Both the position numbers and the translations under genes were made by a program. Positions 35,594 to 40,156 of a DNA stretch of 40,156 nt are shown in pieces (position 1 is the stretch's first letter; each line of letters starts with the position of its first letter). The notes beneath the pieces are model-generated. The model had not been told where the DNA came from. It ran no database searches and worked only from the letters and a program-made list of their open reading frames with translations. Location of the stretch: the IMG/VR virus record IMGVR_UViG_3300032266_000202, positions 1-40,156 of that record. One strand, written 5' to 3'. This DNA is from a virus (taxonomy: Duplodnaviria > Caudoviricetes).

Positions 35594-36103
35594 TTATGAT
35601 TTGAATACAGGCTTACCAAATCCTACGACAGTCACGGCTTGTGACTTGCGGAACTTGCTGCCGTTCTTCTTCTTGTATGCACGAACCTTCTCGCACACCT
35701 GTCCACCATTGCGCTGGTCACCCTTTTTATCGGGAGCAGTGTTGCCCTCAATACAGGTGACAGTGCCATCGCCATTGTCTTTAACAACAATGCCTACATG
35801 TGAGATGCGGTCAACGCCATCATTAGGGAAGTCAAAGAAAACGATGTCGCCAGGTAGAGGGATTGCTTCCTCTGCCTTCTCCCATGCACCCTTCTTCATA
35901 AACGCAGTAGCGCCAGCCACTGTGGATACGCAGTTAGGAATCTTTAATCCAACTTCGTTGGCACACCACATTACAAATGAACCGCACCATGGTAAGAAGT
36001 TAGCCTTAGTAAATGCACCGTATTTTGTTTCGTTATCCTTAGGTCCCTCAATGACATTGAGTTCACCCTTGGCTACTGCAATTAAATCTAAACGCTGACC
36101 CAT
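35594..36103 (-). CDS. CHAP-domain endolysin
   Basis: PWCGSFVMW, PGDIVFF, SHVGIV, CIEGNT. Confidence 0.9.
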   Translation of the reverse strand: MGQRLDLIAVAKGELNVIEGPKDNETKYGAFTKANFLPWCGSFVMWCANEVGLKIPNCVSTVAGATAFMKKGAWEKAEEAIPLPGDIVFFDFPNDGVDRISHVGIVVKDNGDGTVTCIEGNTAPDKKGDQRNGGQVCEKVRAYKKKNGSKFRKSQAVTVVGFGKPVFKS

Positions 36104-36104
36104 A

Positions 36105-36347
36105 TTATTCTGCTTTCCTTGAATCTACCTTGGCAAATGCCGCATTGATTTCATCGGCATCTAACTTGCCATCGGCAAGGAAGAAGCGAGCAAGGGTTTC
36201 AATCACTGTTGCTGCACCTAGTGCACCAGCAAGAACTGCTGCCTGCCATACTTCAATGCCAACCAATGAGCCAGCACCAATTACTCCAAGAGATTCTGCT
36301 GCAATGACTGCAACAATTCTCATCATTACATTTTTAAATGTATCCAT
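36105..36347 (-). CDS. Small membrane protein (lysis cassette)
   Basis: 80 aa, hydrophobic, with a DGKLDADEIN tail. Confidence 0.75.
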   Translation of the reverse strand: MDTFKNVMMRIVAVIAAESLGVIGAGSLVGIEVWQAAVLAGALGAATVIETLARFFLADGKLDADEINAAFAKVDSRKAE

Positions 36348-36517
36348 TATTCATCCTTTGGGTTGCGTAGCGGGTAGGTGACAGCCCAAGCAATGAGTGT
36401 GCCTGCGATGGCATAACCAACTACTGTCTTGGCTGAACCATCAAGGACTACCCAGGCAATGAACATACCTAGTAAAGTCCATAGTTGGTCAACCATATCT
36501 TTCATTATCTTCTTCAT
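36347..36517 (-). CDS. 56-aa two-TM membrane protein (MKKIMKDMVDQLWTLLG...)
   Basis: Translated by hand; AGGAG RBS; ATGA and TAATG coupling. Confidence 0.75.
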   Translation of the reverse strand: MKKIMKDMVDQLWTLLGMFIAWVVLDGSAKTVVGYAIAGTLIAWAVTYPLRNPKDE

Positions 36518-37872
36518 GGTTTTCTCCTATAGGCTGCCGCTCCTGCCATGCCTGCTGCATTAACTGCAGCCTGCCCAGCAATAACTGATGCGATGATAAT
36601 TTTTTCTGACTCTGCTCTTTCTTGCACTGACATGTCAGCACCGATGCTTGCGATAGCAAGAAGTGCTTGTGCTGGGTCAGTAAAGAGTGCAGCAACAAGG
36701 GCTGCTGGGTTTTCTAATACAACCAGCGCTGCTGCTACTTCTGCTGTGATAACAACTTCGTTGCCGTTCTCATCTTGACGAACTTCAACTGGTGTATCAG
36801 GTGGTAAATCTTCATAGGTTAAACCCGCATCTTGGATAGCCTGTGCTGTGACTGGCTCGCCATGTGCTGCTTCAATCAGTGCGTCTGCCACCATTGCTCG
36901 TTCTTCTGGTGTAGAATCTTCTGTAGCCACAACAGGTGGCTCAGGTGCTACAGCAGGGGGTTCAGATGGAGCAGGTTCAGGAATTGAAGGACCAGGAACT
37001 TCCTCTGGAGGAGCAGGAACTGGGTCAGGCTGAGGCTCTGGTTGAGGCTGAGGTTCAGGCTCTACTGGGGCAGGCTCGGGTTCAACTGCAGGCTCTGGAG
37101 GCGCAGGTTCGGGTTCTGGCTGCACTTCTGGTGCAGGCTCAGGTTGCGGTTCAGGAGTTGGTTGAGGGTCTGCTGCAGGAGGAGGAGTTGACTCAGGTTG
37201 AGGAGGCTCAGGAACTTGTGGTGTCTGTATTTCCACTGGCTCAGGCACAACCACAGGCGGTGGGCTTGGAACAGGCACTGGGTCAGGAACTGGTTGAGGC
37301 TGAGGATTTACAGGCTCTACCACTACTGTCACTGTATCAACCAAAGTAGTTGAAGTTTCAACAATAGAAGTAGGAGTATCAGATGGACTTGGTAATGGAC
37401 TTGGGGTCGGGCTGGATGATTGGGTTGATTCTGGGGATGGTGACGGGGATGGTGGTGTCACTGGTTCTGTTGAAGGACTCGGGGAACTTGTGGCTGTGGG
37501 AGTCTCGGAAGGTTGAACGACTGGAGAAGGAGTTGGCTCAGGCGAAGGAGAAGTTGCGGGAGCAGCACTTGGCTCTGGGCTGGGATTTACAGTAGGCGCT
37601 ATGCCATTGTAATACCATGTTCTTTCAGGAGCAGTGGTAGATATAAATTGTTTGTAACCACCTGATGCTATCTGACAAAAGAGTGCAGCGATGTTACCTT
37701 TACCTTCAAAGAAGCCAGTTGTATTATCCCAACCAACTCTAAAGTCTTTAGATACACCAGCATCATTAGCGCAGACAACAGTTATCTGACCTGTTTGTTC
37801 TGCATGTGCTGGTAGAAAAAAAGAAGTTCCAAAGATAATGAATAAGACTGCAAGTAAACGGGGAAGTTTCAC
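36514..37872 (-). CDS. Exported Pro/Glu-rich stalk protein with a signal peptide and C-terminal membrane anchor
   Basis: Signal peptide ending PAHA, about 220 aa of P/E/S/T low complexity, hydrophobic C-terminus ending RRKP. Confidence 0.8.
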   Translation of the reverse strand: MKLPRLLAVLFIIFGTSFFLPAHAEQTGQITVVCANDAGVSKDFRVGWDNTTGFFEGKGNIAALFCQIASGGYKQFISTTAPERTWYYNGIAPTVNPSPEPSAAPATSPSPEPTPSPVVQPSETPTATSSPSPSTEPVTPPSPSPSPESTQSSSPTPSPLPSPSDTPTSIVETSTTLVDTVTVVVEPVNPQPQPVPDPVPVPSPPPVVVPEPVEIQTPQVPEPPQPESTPPPAADPQPTPEPQPEPAPEVQPEPEPAPPEPAVEPEPAPVEPEPQPQPEPQPDPVPAPPEEVPGPSIPEPAPSEPPAVAPEPPVVATEDSTPEERAMVADALIEAAHGEPVTAQAIQDAGLTYEDLPPDTPVEVRQDENGNEVVITAEVAAALVVLENPAALVAALFTDPAQALLAIASIGADMSVQERAESEKIIIASVIAGQAAVNAAGMAGAAAYRRKP

Positions 37873-37885
37873 TTGTACCTTTCAG

Positions 37886-38086
37886 TTATTTGTTTTGTTC
37901 ACACAAGATTTCATAGATGCGGTCAACGCGAGCCTCTAGTCTGTCAACGGAATCACGAAGGCTTGAGCCAGAATTCGGTCTTAATTCAGAAAGATAGTGT
38001 TTGACTAACCAACGCACCGCACCAGTAAAGCCAGCGGTCAAAGTCATAATGGCTATGGATATACCAAGCCAGTCAGTAGATGTCAT
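37886..38086 (-). CDS. Small membrane protein of actinophage lysis-cassette type
   Basis: TM segment followed by ELRPNSGSSLRDSVDRLE coiled coil. Confidence 0.75.
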   Translation of the reverse strand: MTSTDWLGISIAIMTLTAGFTGAVRWLVKHYLSELRPNSGSSLRDSVDRLEARVDRIYEILCEQNK

Positions 38087-40116
38087 TAGACTACCGTTCT
38101 GGCAATGACTTGAACGATACCGCCAAAGCCTGTGTAGTTGCGATTTGATGGAGTGGAGCGAGTGAAAGTTACTTGGTCAATGATGACTTCAAATGGGTCA
38201 CCACCTGCGTTAAAATCTTGGAGAATAACAGTTTCTCCCATTGCTTCAATAGTTTCTAGCGCAAGCAACCGTTCTTTTGCATAGCCTTCATAGCCAATAA
38301 TGTTGCCAGTTTTATCTGTTTCTTTATCATAACAGAACAGTGGAATCTGGATGATGCGTGCACGAGTAGGAGTAGGCAAAGCCTTAACTGCAATACCAAC
38401 AACTACAGGACCAGTGGTTGCATCAGTTGAGTTGCGTGACATGACAAGTTTAAATGAAGCATCTGGCGATGCATCTTGATACTCGTTACCTAAATCAATA
38501 TCAGCAGCAGTAGGTGTTCCCTGATACAGAGTAGTAATAACACTGTCAGCGGTTGAACCAACCTTGTATACTTCAATATCACCATTGGCTGTGTCGTCAG
38601 TAGTACGAATACGGATACGCTTCCATGCCTTGTTCTCCATAGTGTCATAACGAATACGACCACTTCGAATTTGTCCTGTTGGAACCAAGTCTGTTGGGTG
38701 TTGCAACCAAATACCAGAACCAGATACAGCAAAAGCAACTTGATTCAAAGCACCAAGAATACGAATAGCCTTCACTGTTCCAGTAATACCATCTGCAAAT
38801 ACATCTGTTGCACGAGCATAGATACCAGTAGAAATAGGTTGAGCGTATCCAATAAGGGTCAATGGCTGCCCCAGGTTCATACGCATGGTTCCTGAATTGC
38901 TGTTTACTCCTTGAGTATGACCAGCCCAGATGTAAGAGTCACGACCTTCAAAGTCATAGACACCGTTCTCATTGTGAAATACCAATGGTCCATAGTTCAT
39001 GTCACCGTTCTGGTCTAGAGTTGCAATGCGTGCACCCTTGCTTGTGCCAACCATAAGGTATGTGCCAAGGTATGCGTAGAGTGACCTGATAACTTCGCCT
39101 CGTGGCATAACGGCTGCAGTAACAATAGTACCTAGTGCACCAGTGTTATCAACTGCTAGTTTAAAAATACTAGAGTGGTCGCCAGCATAGCCACCGATGT
39201 AGATAGCATTAGAACCTTCGGTTACTGCAGTCCATGTCCATAGCGTAGGCATTGTTGTTGAACCATTGATAAGAGTTCCATGCGAAGATGCCATTGAAGA
39301 TTTAATATCAGATGCCGCACCGCCACCTTTATCTGGAAAGGTTAGTTGGTATGCTGAGTATGTTCCGTTGGTAAATTTAAAAGCAGCAACAATACGATTC
39401 TTAACATACTTAAGTACTGCATGGTCTGCGGTTAAACCATTATAGGTGTACTGTTTATGTGTTGTGCCATCAGATAACTTAATATCATATACACCAGCGG
39501 TTGTAGCCACATACATGTAAGTACCATCAGATGTAGTGCCAAGGATTGTTTCATTGCTGATAGATGAGAAGTTAACCAAGGCTGTAGATGTACCAGCGCT
39601 AGTAATTTTATACATGGCTGTAGTCTGTGAGGTGCGTGGTGCCATGTCAGTAGCAATAAGGAAGGCAACGCCAGAAGTATCAGCGCCCGTATCAATCTTG
39701 CAGTCACCAGTAAAAGCCTGAACGAGCGTAGACTTTTTAATAAGGTTAATTTGCCCAGGTGTCCAAGGGTCTATGCCGTATGAATCACGAAAACGGAAAC
39801 GAACTTCGTTATCGTTACCTTCCATTGGCTCAGTAAATTGGATGCCTTCGCCATAGTGCCATGATGATTGAGAGCGAGTCCAGTAACCTGAACCAGCCAA
39901 GGTGTGTTCACCTGGGTCACGCATCTGGTCTACGCGCTGAGCACGAAACTCTGCAGTCTGTCGCTTGTATGGTGTGTTGTCAGTAATAGCCATAATAAAT
40001 GGCAAGCCACCAAGAGCCACATCAAAAGCGTTGCCGTTAAGGTCATAGTATGTAGAGAGGCGACCCGATAAATCAATTATCGTGCGTTCGGTAATATCTG
40101 GCGACTTTGATGCCAC
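38086..40116 (-). CDS. Tail protein (nozzle / beta-propeller-like)
   Basis: 676 aa, beta-rich; follows the fibre genes across the circular junction; GAGGAG RBS, GTG start. Confidence 0.7.
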   Translation of the reverse strand: MASKSPDITERTIIDLSGRLSTYYDLNGNAFDVALGGLPFIMAITDNTPYKRQTAEFRAQRVDQMRDPGEHTLAGSGYWTRSQSSWHYGEGIQFTEPMEGNDNEVRFRFRDSYGIDPWTPGQINLIKKSTLVQAFTGDCKIDTGADTSGVAFLIATDMAPRTSQTTAMYKITSAGTSTALVNFSSISNETILGTTSDGTYMYVATTAGVYDIKLSDGTTHKQYTYNGLTADHAVLKYVKNRIVAAFKFTNGTYSAYQLTFPDKGGGAASDIKSSMASSHGTLINGSTTMPTLWTWTAVTEGSNAIYIGGYAGDHSSIFKLAVDNTGALGTIVTAAVMPRGEVIRSLYAYLGTYLMVGTSKGARIATLDQNGDMNYGPLVFHNENGVYDFEGRDSYIWAGHTQGVNSNSGTMRMNLGQPLTLIGYAQPISTGIYARATDVFADGITGTVKAIRILGALNQVAFAVSGSGIWLQHPTDLVPTGQIRSGRIRYDTMENKAWKRIRIRTTDDTANGDIEVYKVGSTADSVITTLYQGTPTAADIDLGNEYQDASPDASFKLVMSRNSTDATTGPVVVGIAVKALPTPTRARIIQIPLFCYDKETDKTGNIIGYEGYAKERLLALETIEAMGETVILQDFNAGGDPFEVIIDQVTFTRSTPSNRNYTGFGGIVQVIARTVV

Positions 40117-40156
40117 GGCTTCTCCTCAGGTTTTAAGAAATAATAGGAGCAGTTTA

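Noticed and set aside
35574-37595. + strand ORFs antisense to the endolysin and Pro-rich genes
   Set aside because: Antisense shadows of well-supported - strand genes
40034-40156. 123-bp terminal repeat as a biological direct terminal repeat
   Set aside because: It interrupts the late operon at a gene start; best explained as circular assembly overlap

Overview
The window is a complete circular assembly of a ~40.0 kb tailed phage (positions 1-123 are repeated exactly at 40034-40156, giving a unit length of 40,033 bp). WhiB, an Rpf/SLT-type transglycosylase, a CHAP endolysin, a split primase and large internal virion proteins with no tape measure or tail tube point to a podovirus-like phage of Actinobacteria. 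No integrase or DNA polymerase is visible. Layout: (i) a + strand early operon (24010-28152) from a SprT-like metallopeptidase through many small ORFs to WhiB; (ii) a - strand replication operon (34399-28252) with Cas4-like nuclease, helicase, glycosyltransferase, resolvase, primase, sigma-like factor and dNMP kinase; (iii) a short + strand cluster (34488-35369); (iv) a long - strand late operon from terminase (23350) through portal, internal virion, scaffold, capsid and tail genes, across the assembly junction to the lysis genes (35393). The most notable signals are non-coding: a candidate ~90-nt small RNA after whiB whose loop is complementary to the AGACAGGAGA ribosome-binding motif of early genes; a strongly enriched TTAAGAC motif whose density decays away from the early end; four perfect CRP-type TGTGA-N6-TCACA boxes; two co-varying H-type pseudoknots in late intergenic regions; and a tRNA-like mini-element. 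All calls come from reading the sequence by eye; no searches were run.
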